Shown here in pieces: positions 62,957 through 64,000 of a DNA stretch of 64,000 nt. Source of the stretch: Nitrososphaeria archaeon (lineage in GTDB: Archaea > Thermoproteota > Nitrososphaeria > Nitrososphaerales > JACAEJ01); NCBI GenBank assembly GCA_029775875.1, contig JARVKD010000002.1, positions 3,007-67,006 on the forward strand, given 5' to 3'. Under the pieces are notes generated by a model. The model saw only the letters and a program-made list of their open reading frames with translations. It was not told the DNA's origin and ran no database searches. How positions within the stretch are numbered: the stretch's first letter is position 1; the number at the start of each line of letters is the position of its first letter. Made by a program: the position numbers and the translations under genes.

Positions 62957-64000
62957 ATGTCAATAATGAAGTTAAGCATAGGACCTCAGCATCCTATATC
63001 TGCACACTTTAGGTTTCTTCTTGATGTGGATGGCGATGTAGTCCTAAAGCTAGAGCCAGATGTAGGCTATACCCATAGGGGAATAGAGAAGTTAGCCGAA
63101 AAAAGAACATACCTTCAAAATTTACCTGTCATTGAGAGAGTCAATAGTTATTGTGACAGCGCAGGAACGATGCTTGGATACTTAGAAGTTATAGAAGAAT
63201 TGATGGGTTTAGAGGTCCCTGAGAGGGCTAAATATCTTAGAGTCATAGCTGCTGAATTGAATAGAATAGCAAGCCATCTTTATGCTGCGAGTCTATTCTC
63301 AGTTGCAACAGGACTTGAGACCATGTTAATGTGGCCAATTAACGACAGGGAGTTGATATTAGATTTACTTGAGAGGCTAACAGGGCAAAGAATTACCTAC
63401 ACATACCAAACTATAGGAGGAGTTCGCTTTGATATGCCTGATGGATTTAAGGAGGAAGCCCTAAAGAGACTTGATTACCTCGAGAAAAGGACTGAAGACT
63501 ACTATAAGATGCTACTATGGAATCATACATTTCACATGAGAACGAAAAAAGTTGGCATATTAAGACCGTCTGATGCTATAAAGCTAGGAGTAGTGGGCCC
63601 AAACCTTCGAGCTTCTGGAGTTAAGGTTGATGTTAGAAAAGATGAGCCTTATGAAGTTTATGATAGATTTGACTTTTCGATACCAACAGGGAAGAATGGC
63701 GACTCCTACGATAGATTAGAGGTGAGGTTTAAGGAAGTGGGGCAGAGTATAAACATATTGAGGCAGGCGTTAAAAGACATACCAAAAGGACCTATAAAGA
63801 AGTGGGTTCCACCAATAGTACCTAAAGGCGAGGCTTACACCAGAGTTGAAGCAGCTCGAGGAGAGTTTGGCTATCACCTTATAGGAGACGGGTCAATGAA
63901 GCCATATAGGCTAAAGATAAGCCCACCATCTTTCAGAAACCTCATAGCACTACCTCATCTATGCCAAAACATACCACTTGCCGATGTGCCTATAATTTAC
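62957..64000 (+). CDS. nuoD: NuoD/FpoD (3' end outside window)
   Basis: Not in the track because there is no stop in the window. ATG 62957 follows AAGGAGTGA. MSIMKLSIGPQHPISAHFRFLLDVDGDVV...GYTHRGIEKLAE has no NiFe CxxC, so it is Nuo-type. Confidence 0.9.
   Translation, partial: MSIMKLSIGPQHPISAHFRFLLDVDGDVVLKLEPDVGYTHRGIEKLAEKRTYLQNLPVIERVNSYCDSAGTMLGYLEVIEELMGLEVPERAKYLRVIAAELNRIASHLYAASLFSVATGLETMLMWPINDRELILDLLERLTGQRITYTYQTIGGVRFDMPDGFKEEALKRLDYLEKRTEDYYKMLLWNHTFHMRTKKVGILRPSDAIKLGVVGPNLRASGVKVDVRKDEPYEVYDRFDFSIPTGKNGDSYDRLEVRFKEVGQSINILRQALKDIPKGPIKKWVPPIVPKGEAYTRVEAARGEFGYHLIGDGSMKPYRLKISPPSFRNLIALPHLCQNIPLADVPIIY

Noticed and set aside
1-64000. Search for CRISPR arrays, transposases/integrases, prophage or rRNA genes
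   Set aside because: I noticed no regularly spaced direct repeats, no DDE, tyrosine or serine recombinase-like ORFs, and no rRNA-like sequence. The tRNA-rich stretch at 43.5-45.2 kb has no integrase or att-like tRNA 3' duplications that I could see.

Overview
AT-rich archaeal chromosomal window, densely coded on both strands. I saw no rRNA, CRISPR array, transposase or integrase. Lineage is probably TACK/Thermoproteota-like, possibly Bathyarchaeia-like, but this rests on recall only: an eS26 gene, four tRNA genes that all carry introns (five introns, two at non-canonical positions), SepRS, and orphan MtrA-like and MtrH-like genes.

Content:
- Fragmented translation and transcription clusters: uS12-uS7; uL22-uS3-uL29; eS19/eL39/eL31 ... 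aIF6-PfdA-FtsY; SecE-Spt5-uL11-uL1-uL10 with an inverted P1; eS28-eL24-Ndk; TFB.
- Aminoacyl-tRNA synthetases: PheT fragment, AlaRS, LeuRS, SepRS.
- An 11-subunit-type Nuo/Fpo-like complex split into two divergent operons.
- Lipid genes: a Tes-like radical SAM protein and GGPP synthase.
- Several accessory blocks.

Best candidates for undescribed biology:
1. 4051-5323: two tandem soluble signal-peptidase (S26B/S24)-like paralogs. Cys replaces the nucleophilic Ser, and each has a Cys-rich N-terminal domain. They sit directly downstream of a B12-binding radical SAM gene.
2. 36654-41388: an arsenic-type island (CVC-motif ArsR, Acr3, ArsP-like permease, thioredoxin-like protein, DUF169) that also carries an MtrA-like corrinoid protein.
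3. 28511-30722: a two-gene module of a double-domain KaiC-like ATPase and a possible PD-(D/E)xK protein, lying between the ribosomal stalk genes and alaS.

Two GC-rich intergenic hairpins are flagged as possible ncRNAs. All family assignments come from motif recognition by eye; no searches were run.
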